DNA of 64,000 bases, taken from positions 176,983 to 240,982 of the forward strand of contig RQSC01000523.1 in the NCBI GenBank assembly GCA_013416795.1, given 5' to 3'. Origin of the DNA: Prasinococcaceae sp. CCMP 1430. Its lineage: Eukaryota > Plantae > Prasinodermophyta. Positions 43,788 to 54,210 of this stretch are shown in pieces. The position numbers and the translations under genes were made by a program. The notes below the pieces were generated by a model. The model made no database searches, had not been told where the DNA came from, and worked only from the letters and a program-made list of their open reading frames with translations. Numbering within the stretch: the first letter of the stretch is position 1; each line of letters opens with the position of its first letter.

Positions 43788-46280
43788 NNNNNNNNNNNNN
43801 NNNNNNNNNNNNNNNNNNNNNNNNNNNNNNNNNNNNNNNNNNNNNNNNNNNNNNNNNNNNNNNNNNNNNNNNNNNNNNNNNNNNNNNNNNNNNNNNNNNN
43901 NNNNNNNNNNNNNNNNNNNNNNNNNNNNNNNNNNNNNNNNNNNNNNNNNNNNNNNNNNNNNNNNNNNNNNNNNNNNNNNNNNNNNNNNNNNNNNNNNNNN
44001 NNNNNNNNNNNNNNNNNNNNNNNNNNNNNNNNNNNNNNNNNNNNNNNNNNNNNNNNNNNNNNNNNNNNNNNNNNNNNNNNNNNNNNNNNNNNNNNNNNNN
44101 NNNNNNNNNNNNNNNNNNNNNNNNNNNNNNNNNNNNNNNNNNNNNNNNNNNNNNNNNNNNNNNNNNNNNNNNNNNNNNNNNNNNNNNNNNNNNNNNNNNN
44201 NNNNNNNNNNNNNNNNNNNNNNNNNNNNNNNNNNNNNNNNNNNNNNNNNNNNNNNNNNNNNNNNNNNNNNNNNNNNNNNNNNNNNNNNNNNNNNNNNNNN
44301 NNNNNNNNNNNNNNNNNNNNNNNNNNNNNNNNNNNNNNNNNNNNNNNNNNNNNNNNNNNNNNNNNNNNNNNNNNNNNNNNNNNNNNNNNNNNNNNNNNNN
44401 NNNNNNNNNNNNNNNNNNNNNNNNNNNNNNNNNNNNNNNNNNNNNNNNNNNNNNNNNNNNNNNNNNNNNNNNNNNNNNNNNNNNNNNNNNNNNNNNNNNN
44501 NNNNNNNNNNNNNNNNNNNNNNNNNNNNNNNNNNNNNNNNNNNNNNNNNNNNNNNNNNNNNNNNNNNNNNNNNNNNNNNNNNNNNNNNNNNNNNNNNNNN
44601 NNNNNNNNNNNNNNNNNNNNNNNNNNNNNNNNNNNTGGCGCGCGCGGCCGCGCGGCGGTAGCGTAGCACGCGCCGCGCCGCGCCGCGTCGGCTGGCGTAG
44701 AGACGAGCGGTGCGACCATCCACCCACCCGCCGCCGCAGGCGGCGCCGCGTCGCCGCCCTGCCGCCCTTTCCCCCCCCTCACCCTTCCCCAGCGCCGGCG
44801 CCCTCGCTCCCGGAACGCGCCCGCACGCCCAGCGCAGCCGCAAGCTTGAACCCTACGTACTTTCAACCCCAACCCAAACCAACGCCGGCCGCGTTCGCGT
44901 TGATGGGGCTGCTCGGTGTGACGCGGCCTCTTCTCGGTGAGATTGTCTCCCGTGGGTATATATGAGCAACCTTCGCTCGCTTTGAACGTTGACCTCCACC
45001 CGGCCGGGCGGCACCAGGGCGCGCGCGCGGGGCGCGGCGGCGGTGTCGCCGCGTTCGAATATCGCGGATTGAGGGTCGCGAAATGCGGCGCGCGGGGGGG
45101 CGGGTGCCGGGAGCGTGGCCGCGCGCTCGGCGCGCAAACGGGACGAGGGCGGCGGGGGGGTGAAATGCTCGGGCGCGAGCTCTCTTCCCTCCGAGGGGGA
45201 GGTCGTCACCCCTCACCCTCACCCCCACCCCTCGCCGCCCTCGCCGCCCTCGCCCCCGCGCGCGCCGCCCCTCCCCAGCCGCTCGCGCCCGCCCTCGCGC
45301 CGCGCTCCGCTGCCCGCCCCGGCGCGGGCGCGAAATTGCCGCTTCCGCGAAAACGAGCGAACGCGCCGGTCAACGCCCATCGGCCGAGCTCCAACCCGGG
45401 CCTGCAAATACTCTCTCTCGGGAAAAAAGGGAAATTGTCATTTTTCTGTGCGGACGCATTGGCATTGCCGTTCCATTACATTGGATTTGACGTCCATTTT
45501 GCATTTCCGATTCGAATTCGCTCTGCGCGTGTGCGTTTTTTTTTTTTTTCAATCGCTCGCCTGCGCCCCTCCGTGCCGGCGAGCGCCCAACAGCCACGCG
45601 CCGAGCGCGGCAAAAACGACGGAACTGTCCGCTCAAAAGCGGTGTGGATGAATTCTGAGAAATGCATTTCGCAGCGGCAGAACGCGGCGAAAGTGCCGCC
45701 GCGGGTTCGGTTCGTTCGGTTCGGGTGCGCGGGGCCGCGCGCGAGGGGGGCGGTGGCGGCGGCGGCGGCGAAACATGCCACGGGCGCCCGCCAGCGGTGC
45801 GCCGCTCCCCCGGCGCATGACACAGGTGAGGGGGCGCGCGGGGGGCGGCGCGGCGTGCTCGGGCGATGGATGCGCTGGAGCAACATGGGGTCGGGGCGGG
45901 CGGCGGAAGGCAGCCGCGCGCCCCCTGCCGCGTCCGATGCCGTGCCGTATCGCCTGCAGTGCCGCTTCGCCGCTCGGTCCCGTGAGCCGTCCGCTGCCCC
46001 CACCCGCACACCCGCACGCGTTCACGGATGCCGTGTTCAAGGCTTGTTGGTAGCCGCTCGAATCGCACTCCACCAACCCATCCAACCCCTCGGCTCGCAC
46101 CCCCTCGCCTGTGCTTGGCTCTGTCCCCGTTCACCGCCCGCGCATCCCCGACCACTCTCTTTCTCGCCCGCTGACGCTCGCCGGCTTGGGCGCCACTGCA
46201 CCGCACGCGCGTGCCGCCGCCTCGCGCCCGACCGCGCGCCCAGGCGAAACGCCGGTGAGGCCCTTCTTCGGCCCCACAGC

Positions 46281-49237
46281 ATGGCGCCCTCCCCAGCGGT
46301 TGGCCACAAGCACATGAAGACGCGCGGGTTCCTCGTTGCGCCCAAGCACAAGCAGCAGAAGTCGCTGCTGGTGGCCGTGCGCGTGCGCCCGCTCGTCGGC
46401 AACGAGGTCGGGCGATGCCTCAACCTCCTCAAGGTGCGCGCGCGCTCGCGCCTACATAGGGACGCAGGTGTCGCCATCCGCCGCGCGCCCTCGCAGACGC
46501 CTCTTGCGGACAATCGCCGGTGCTGACGCCCGCCGTGGACGCTCTCGCGCCGCTCCCGATGTCCAACGCCCGCGTCCCGTGCCGCCCGCTCGCCGCGCGC
46601 CCTTGGCGTCGTCTCGCGGCGCCACCGCAGGTGATCGACGAAAAGATCGTGGTCGTGCTGGACCCCGCGGACACGGTCGGCCAGAAAAAGGATTACCTGG
46701 ACGCCAAGCGCTCCATGGAGAGGCGCTACGTCTTCGACATCGCGATGGAGGGCACCTGCACCAATTCGGACTGCTACCAGCGGACGGTCGCCGAGCAGAC
46801 TGGCACGATCCTCAACGGTCTGAACTCGACCGTCTTCGCGTACGGCGCGACGGGCTCGGGCAAGACACACACCATGGTGGGCTCGCACGATGACCCTGGC
46901 CTGATGGTGCTGGCGCTCAAGGACGTCTTCAGAAAGCTCGCGGACGCGCCCAGCGGGTACGAGTGGGATGTGAAGTGCTCGTACATCGAAGTGTACAATG
47001 AGCTCATACACGATCTGCTCGATCCGCACGCGAGCAAACAGCACTCGCTGGAGCTGCGCGAAAACCCCGGGGAGGGCGTCACCATCGCAGGCGTCACCAA
47101 GGTGAATGTTGACAGCGCTGAGACCATCCTGGATCTGCTCCGCCAGGGAAACTCGCGGCGCAAGACCGAGGCCACCGATGCCAACGCCACGTCGAGCCGC
47201 TCGCATGCGGTTCTCACCATCAGCGTCGCGCGCACCGAGGCGAACAAGTACCGCGCGAAGGTGCTGAACGGCAAGCTGTCGCTGGTGGACCTGGCCGGTT
47301 CCGAGCGCGCGTCGGAGACCAACAACCGCGGCAAGGCGCTCCACGACGGCGCCAACATCAACCGCTCGCTGCTGGCGCTCGCCAACTGCATCAACGCATT
47401 GGGGAAGCAGCACAAGAAAGGCATGGCCTACGTACCCTATCGCAACTCGAAGCTCACGCGCCTGCTCAAGGACGGCCTGAGCGGCAACTCGCGCACCGCA
47501 ATGATCGCCACGGTGAGCTGCTCGAGTGACCAGTACCATCACACCACCAACACGCTAAAGTACGCAGACCGCGCCAAGGAGATCAAGACCCACGTGCAGA
47601 CCAACATCGGCACCGTGGAGAGCCACATCTCGGACTACCAGCGCATGATCGACAACTTGCAGAAGGAGGTCTATCAGCTGAAGACGGAGCTCAAGTCCAA
47701 GGAGGGGATCGCGAGGCCGGTGCCTGCACCTGGCATGGCGGGCGGTGAAGACGAGTCGGAGCTCACGTGGCTGGATGCACTGTCCAACGACATCAATGTC
47801 AACGTAGAGGCGCGCATCAACTTGCAGAAGGCCCTCTTCGAGCTTGAGGACACCAATGTGCAAAATAAGTCGGACCTCACGCAGCTCGACGAGCAGCTGA
47901 CGGAAGCTGCGCGTAGCACCGGCGGACAGCTCCCCTCGACCGCCGCGGAGCTCGCCGAGCTGCGGGAGCGTCGCGAGGACATGGCAGAAAACGTGCGCGA
48001 GAACGAGGAGACCGGCGAGCGCATACGCGCAGAGATCGAGAGCAACGAGGCACACCGGCGCTCGTTGCAGGCCAAGATTGACGCGGCGATGAAGAGCGAC
48101 AGGAATAAGACGTTCCTTCACATCCTCAGCCAGTACCGTCTGCAGGGCGTCATGAACATGGAACTGCAGCTGCAGATGGCCGTGCGCGATCAGATCATCG
48201 AGGATCAAAAGGAGGTCATCGGCAACCTGTGGCGTGTGCTCGAGTGTTCCGGTCTTGACCGCGAGCGCATCCTCGAGATTGCCCAGGAGCAGGGGATCGG
48301 CATTCAGGTCGAGCCCGATGGCGGCGATGCATCAGAGCTGGAGCCCAGCGGCCCCATCGCCGTCGGCGCTGCGGGTGCGCGCGCAGTGGCGCGCCACGAG
48401 ATGCTTGACCCCGGGGCTGCGGGCGGCCGTCACAAAAAGACTCCGTCGATGGGTGGCGTCGTGGCGACCTCGCCGATTGAGACGCCTACCAGCCCCGTAC
48501 AGGAGCCGAAGAAGCCGCGTCCAGAGAGCAGCCCAGGCAAAGCTCGCCGCGCACTGGCGTCTGGGGGCACAGGTGTACAGGAGCCGAAGCAGCCGCGCCC
48601 AGAGAGCAGCCCAGGCAAAGCTCGCCGCGCACTGGCATCAGGGGGCAAAGGTGGGCGCCCGGCGAGCGCAGCATCTGTGCGTGCGAGCGGCGGCGAGAAC
48701 GTTCCACCCAGCGGCGGCCAGAGCGGCGGCCAAGGCGGCGGCCAGGGCGGTGGCAAGGGCAGCGGCAAAGGTGGGGCAGACGTGTCGCCTGCAAGGACTG
48801 TTGGCAGCAGCAGCTCGCTAGGCTCGCACGGCAGGTCGGCCGGCGCGTCCAATCGGCAACGGCTGGGCGTATCGGTGGCGGTGCCTGACCTCATGGTGGT
48901 CAACGGCAGCAACGGGGGCGGCAGGGGAGAGGCAGCGCCCCGAGGCGGCGGTAGAAGATTCGCGGGCGTACGCGGCGTGGCGCCGCTGGCGCCGCGTGGG
49001 GGACCCGCGGCGCCACAGAGGTTGAAGGCCCTGTCCATACTGAAGGGATCGCGGTCCAAGTCCAACGCTGGGCGTGCCAGGGCTGACAACGAGAGCGGGC
49101 GAGCACACAGACTCAGGCACAGCACGCATGCGCGTGTGTCCAGGCCCAACGTGGGCGCCGACCGGTGCTCAGAGGCTTCTTCTGCCGAGAATCGGAGATT
49201 CGGAGGTGTAAAAGCCGTCGATCTCACATCAAAATGA
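46281..49237 (+). CDS. Kinesin-8 family motor (KIF18/KIF19-like); intron 46434-46630
   Basis: VAVRVRP, YGATGSGKTHTM, ATSSRSH, LVDLAGSER, INRSLLALANCINAL and PYRNSKLTRLLKD, followed by a coiled-coil and a disordered tail. Confidence 0.93.
48497..48650 (+). repeat. 78-nt coding direct repeat x2 (QEPKKPRPESSPGKARRALASGG)
   Basis: Two near-identical copies in the kinesin tail. Confidence 0.85.
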
Positions 49238-49320
49238 ACAATATCTGGACGACGCTATGCAAATAATCACGCGCGTTCTGTGAATACCCCTACGTAAATT
49301 CGAAATAAATTCTTTTGGGA

Positions 49321-49657
49321 TCAGCGGCCTCGAGGTGGGACGTGGTGATGGGCTCGCAGGCGCGCGTCGACACCAGCGATGGCTCCCTGAGATCCTCGGA
49401 GGCGGTCCACTGCGCTTAGCAGCGGGCGTGCTAGGATCCGCACGCCGTGCAAAACTGCCGGCCAGGGCGCGCGCGCCGAGCACAGGTCGACGCCGGCGCG
49501 CTGGTTCAGCGGCCTCGAGGTGGGACGTGGTGATGGGCTCGCAGGCGCGCGTCGACACCAGCGATGGCTCCCTGAGATCCTCGGAGGCGGTCCACTGCGC
49601 TTAGCAGCGGGCGTGCTAGGATCCGCACGCCGTGAAAAACTGCTGGCCAGGGCGCGC
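49321..49657. repeat. 152-nt direct repeat x2 (49321-49472 and 49506-49657; 2 mismatches; 33-nt spacer)
   Basis: Aligned by eye at offset 185; contains the hairpin ggcgtgc-taggatcc-gcacgcc. Confidence 0.9.
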
Positions 49658-50094
49658 CGCCCACTCCGCGTCCGGCTTCCATGCCGCGAGAATGCGTCAG
49701 CGTCAGGCGCGCGCCCGCGGCAGCCCCGCCCCCGGCGGGCGAGCGCAGCATCGCAGCTGACGATCACGATCCCGCCTCGTCCCTCCTCGCCCTCCTCTCT
49801 CCCCTCTCCCCCCTGTCCCTCCTCTCCCGGCCCCTCCTCCCGCTGCCGCCGCAGCCTGCGCAGGCGCCCCGCACGCGCGCGCAGTGGCAGCGCCTCCGCG
49901 CGCATCGCTCGCGCCTTTGCGCGTTCTCGCGCAAAAAAGGCGGCGAGAAAAGGGGCGCTGACAGCCTGTACGCTCACGTCAAAATGAAAGCAATGTTTCC
50001 GGTTACTTTTGATATAGGGTTCGGGAACCCGCGGCAGTGTGCGTGCGGAAATTCCGTCCCGGCCGATGCGCGCGCGCGCGCGCGCGCGCGCGCG

Positions 50095-50096
<2 letters not shown>

Positions 50097-50147
<51 letters not shown>

Positions 50148-50244
50148 GACGAAATCGAACATCGAATCTGCAATGTTTAAATATAGATCCTGTTAGTCAA
50201 TTGGCGAATGATGATCCCGACGCGCGCTGCGTGTGTGCGCGCGC

Positions 50245-50277
<33 letters not shown>
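50097..50277. repeat. Compound (CG)n-(CA)n microsatellite and an opposite (TG)n tract
   Basis: (CA)n at about 50097-50146, preceded by (CG)n; (TG)n at about 50247-50277. Confidence 0.9.
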
Positions 50278-50279
<2 letters not shown>

Positions 50280-50636
50280 CCAGTTAGATAGTTTGTGACG
50301 AGTGTGATTTCGTGGCAGCGAGGACGCAGGCGCCGCGGACCGAGCGCAAGGCGGGCGCGTGCACGCGCCGCGACGCGGCAGCGCCCGAATTGAAATGCTG
50401 CGCGAAACCATGTCCGAGCTTCAGCAAGAGCTCACCGAGGCGCGGGCGGGGACGCCGAGCCTATCAGCTCGCTCGGCTTGTGCCTGGAGCAGCTCATGGA
50501 GCTCGCCGGACCCAGCGTCGCTGGTGCGTGCGCGCGTTTATAAATGTGTGTGTGTGCTTATTGCAAGCGCGAACTCGCCCGCGCCGGCGGCTGACTCCGC
50601 CTACACACACGCACACACACACACACATACACACAG

Positions 50637-52092
50637 GTCCACGTGCTTCTGCGACTCCAACTGCTTCACCGAGGATGGCGCGCTCAACGATTGCTGTCCG
50701 GACGTCTGCGAGGTGTGCCCCGAGCTCGAACCGTGCAAGGCGCTCGCCGAGGCCGACGAGTCCGGCGGCGACGAGTCCGGCGGCGACGAGTCCGGCGGCG
50801 ACGAGTCCGGCGGCGACGAGTCCGGCGGCGACGCAGGCGAGCCATCTGCGCCGGCGCCGACGAAGCCCGAGATTCCGCCCGAGACCGGCAAGAACCGCAC
50901 GGTCGTGCAGGATCCGCGCTTCGCGGCCGGCGTGGTCACCACCGTGGCTGGCTCCGGTGAGCCTGCGATCGGCCTGATCAAGGAGGACGACGGCATCGGC
51001 AACGGAACGGCGTTCCTGTCGCTCCGAGGCATGGCGGGCAGCGCGCCGGAGGATTGCGCATCCGACTTGGTCTTCCTGGTCGACCAGAAGCTCTCGAAGG
51101 TCCGCCAGGTCAACACCAAGACGACGTTCGTGTCCACGCTCGGCGGCCTCGACGACCAGGCAGGCTCCAAGGACGGATGCAACGGCAACTCCACCTTCAA
51201 CAGCCCCCACGCCGTGGCAGACGCCGGCGACTTCCTGTTCATCGCTGACACGGCCAACAACTGCCTGCGGCGCGTGCACAAGGAATGGGAGTGCTCCATC
51301 ACGCTGGTGGGCCCGTGCGTCCCCGCCGAGGCCAAGGCCGTCGGTGGCTCCGGCAAGGCGCCCTTCGGCAAGCCCCGCGGCGTGGCCGCGCACCAGAACG
51401 AGGATGGCAGCATCGACGTCTACCTGGCCGACGAGGGCTTCAAGCGCATCGTGAAGGTCAACGGGGAGACGGGCGAGTGGACGACCATCTCGGAGAACCC
51501 CAAAGAAGAGGTGGACCTCATCAACCCCAACATCTGGAAGCTTCCGAGGGGCCTCGCCATCACCCCCGACGGCACCAAGCTCGTTGTGGCCGACGACGGC
51601 TTCAAGCAGATTTTCACGATCGACCTCACCAAGGAGGACTACCCGCGCACGCTGCTCGCGGGCGACCCCTGGAACGAGAACGGCTCCGTGTCGGTGACGT
51701 ACATCGATGGGCCTGCCATGCAAGCACGCTTCTTCAGGCCGCGCGGCGTGTGCACCACCAACACGTTCGCCGTGGTGGCCGACTACATGAACAACGCCTA
51801 CCGCTCCGTGGACCTCGCCACCGGCGAGGTCAAGACCATTTTCGGCGGCGCCTCGGGGAGCGACGGCGCGAACGACCCCTCGCTCGAGGGCTTCCCGCCC
51901 GACTACAACACCGTCGCCGCGGACGGCCCCGTCGCCGAGGCCACCGCCGACAACCCCACGGCGTGCGCCATCATAACGAAGAACGACTGCGCGGCAGCAG
52001 GAGTGAACGACACGCTGACATCGGACATCGTGCTGTACGTGGGCGACGACTTCTCGCACCGCCTGCGAATGGTGGAGGGCACCGCGGCCTAA
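50637..52092 (+). CDS. Second somatomedin-B-like + NHL-repeat protein (5' exons unresolved)
   Basis: TCFCDSNCFTEDGALNDCCPDVC, (DESGG)x5, and NHL units FNSPHAVADAGDFLFIADTANNCLR, FGKPRGVA, LPRGLAITPDG and FFRPRGV. The end (ADNPTACAI...VGDDFS..LR) parallels the 3963-6870 protein. Confidence 0.85.
50752..50832 (+). repeat. 15-nt coding repeat x5 (DESGG)
   Basis: gacgagtccggcggc is repeated five times. Confidence 0.95.
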
Positions 52093-52376
52093 GTCGCACT
52101 CTCCCCTCCCGTCTCGAGTGGACCGAACGCTACCAGCGCCTCCTGCGCACATCCATTGGATGGATGTGCGGCATGTTACAACAGTTTGTTTCCAAATAAG
52201 TACTTGAAGTATTACGACGTTCGCACGTGAGCCCACGCGCAGCAGGCTCTGCTCCATCCGATAGCAGCAGCAGCAGGCAAACAACGCTGCCACCACCACA
52301 CCCAATCAGTGGGATTCCGTTACGCGCTCGCGCGGGGCTGCCCCCCCCCCCCTCCCCCGCTACCCCCGCGGGCGTC

Positions 52377-53102
52377 CTACCTGAACTCCGTGGGCACGTC
52401 TTCCTGGGCGGCGAAGTATTCCCTGACCTCATCGGGCTTGGCGAAGCGCACGAGCTCGCCGTAGGATCCCAGCCAGGGCTTCACGATGGCCCACACGGGC
52501 CCGAAGCCCATCGGCGCGCCCACGAGCAGCACGCGCCCCACGCGCCGCGGGAAGTAGTCGAAGAGCAGCTTCACCATGAATTTGACGAATGCAAAGTCGG
52601 CGTTGGACTTGCCCCCAGCTGCGGAGAAGCCGCGCATGTCGAAGATTCCCAAGAACTGCTCGACGCCACTGCCGGGTGGGATGGCGTCCACGGTCGCCTG
52701 TATCTCCCGCGCGGAGAGCGCCCTCGACGCCACGAGGTCGCGCTCCGCGATGACGTGCTTCGCGACGCGCACGAGCAGCACGGGCCGACCGAGCACGTCC
52801 GTGGTGCGGCCGCCGTCGACGAGCTCCACCTTGCCCGTGGCGCGCTCTGCGTCGACGGCGACCTCGCTCACGCTCGTCCACTCCTCCGATCCGCTGCGCC
52901 ACGCGAGCAGCTTCTGCAGCTTGGCCACGGCCTCGTCCACGTCCATCCGCCTGTCGCGGAGGTACCACAGCAGCAGCTCGCGGTCGTCCGCCGCCGCGTC
53001 GGCACCCGGCGCGCCCGACGCGCGCAGCGCGGCCGCGACGGCGGCACTCGCGGCGGGCTGCGCGCTCGCCGCGGGCGTGCGGTCCGCGCGCGCGACGTGC
53101 AT
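52377..53102 (-). CDS. Chloroplast Sec14/CRAL-TRIO protein (CPSFL1-like); 5' end uncertain
   Basis: LLWYLRDRRMDVDEAVAKL..LLAWR, DVLGRPVLLV..AKH, LGIFDMRGF, NADF.F, YFPRR and VLLVGAP closely match the recalled CPSFL1 sequence. Confidence 0.85.
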   Translation of the reverse strand: MHVARADRTPAASAQPAASAAVAAALRASGAPGADAAADDRELLLWYLRDRRMDVDEAVAKLQKLLAWRSGSEEWTSVSEVAVDAERATGKVELVDGGRTTDVLGRPVLLVRVAKHVIAERDLVASRALSAREIQATVDAIPPGSGVEQFLGIFDMRGFSAAGGKSNADFAFVKFMVKLLFDYFPRRVGRVLLVGAPMGFGPVWAIVKPWLGSYGELVRFAKPDEVREYFAAQEDVPTEFR

Positions 53103-53299
53103 CGTCGAGGGCCAGCCGATCTGTGGGCAGGGCAACGGCAACTTCGCCGGCACGCTGCCCAACGGCAACGAGGCGCAGACGTGCTTCTGCGACGCCAACT
53201 GCTTCAGCGAGGATGGCGCGCTCAACGATTGCTGTCCGGACGTCTGCGAGGTGTGCCCCGAGCTCGAACCGTGCAAGGCGCTCGCCGAGGCCGACGAGT
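53026..53299 (+). pseudogene. Isolated signal-peptide + somatomedin-B exon fragment, near-identical to 50641-50761
   Basis: AALAAGCALAAGVRSARA-TCIVEG...TCFCDANCFSEDGALNDCCPDVCEVC; no ATG and no continuation. Confidence 0.7.
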
Positions 53300-53831
53300 G
53301 GTCGTACAGGTCCCACACGCCATTCTTGAGCACCGAGGCCGCAATCGCGTCGTACGTGGGCATTTCCGAGAAGCACTTCTTCACGATGAGGTGCGCGGCC
53401 TCGAGGCACTCGGCGACCACCACGGCGTCCTTCTTCGCGACGGCCTTGGCCAGCTTCGTCGCCATCGGGTCCGTCTTGTCGCTCACCTCGGGCTCGAGCT
53501 GTAGCGCCGCCGCGTGCGCCAGCGCCGCCACCACGCTCTGCTCCGCAAGGCCGATGCGCGTCTTGCCCTGCAACAGCGACATGATCCACCTGGCCTCCGA
53601 GCCCTGGCTCGCCACGAGGATCTGCTTGATGAGGTCGCGACGGCGCTGCCCGCTCTTGTTGCCCTCGAGGGTGGCAATCTGCTTGAACGTGCCAAACACC
53701 TTGCGAACAGTCAGCGGCTTGGGCTTGAAGAGGCACTTCTGCTTGGACCTGCTGAATTCGGCGACGATGCCGAGGTCTCCGCTCTCCGTATACTGCTCCT
53801 TGATGGTAGACTCCTTGCTACCAGTCGCCTC
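53297..53831 (-). repeat. 535-nt duplicate of the DNA ligase I DNA-binding-domain segment 55521-56055
   Basis: Aligned at offset 2224; one synonymous difference noticed (53367 C versus 55591 T). Confidence 0.92.
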
Positions 53832-54210
53832 TCGCGCGCCGCCGCCGCCGCCGCCATCGCCACCACCTGCACCGCCCGCGCCCTGCAGCTTGCTCACACA
53901 TACACACGCACACTCGCTCACACACATACACACGCACACTCGCACACACGCACATAGACCAGTGCACGCTCACACGCACATGCGTGCTCAGATGCGCGCG
54001 AACGCGCATTCTCACACACGCGCCTCTACACGCACACACACGCACACACACACGCACACGCACACGTCCGTGTATGCATAGGCTGTTCATGGCGCTGGCG
54101 NCGCCGCGTGGCGCCCGGGTCCCCACCAGCCCCGCCCACGGACGCTGGCGCCCGAGCGCGGCGGCCCGCCGCACCTGGGCAATGACTCAATTCATAGCAT
54201 TAAGTTGGGT

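Noticed and set aside
45775-46280. Upstream exon or uORF for kinesin-8 (ATG ACA CAG|GTGAGG at 45817-45826)
   Set aside because: Splicing to the 46279 acceptor is out of frame with the motor. It cannot be distinguished from a chance site without cDNA.
49660-50300. Possible small multi-exon minus-strand gene (strong TGACTAACAG branch/acceptor near 50190)
   Set aside because: Splice signals exist, but I could not assemble a coherent or recognisable reading frame.
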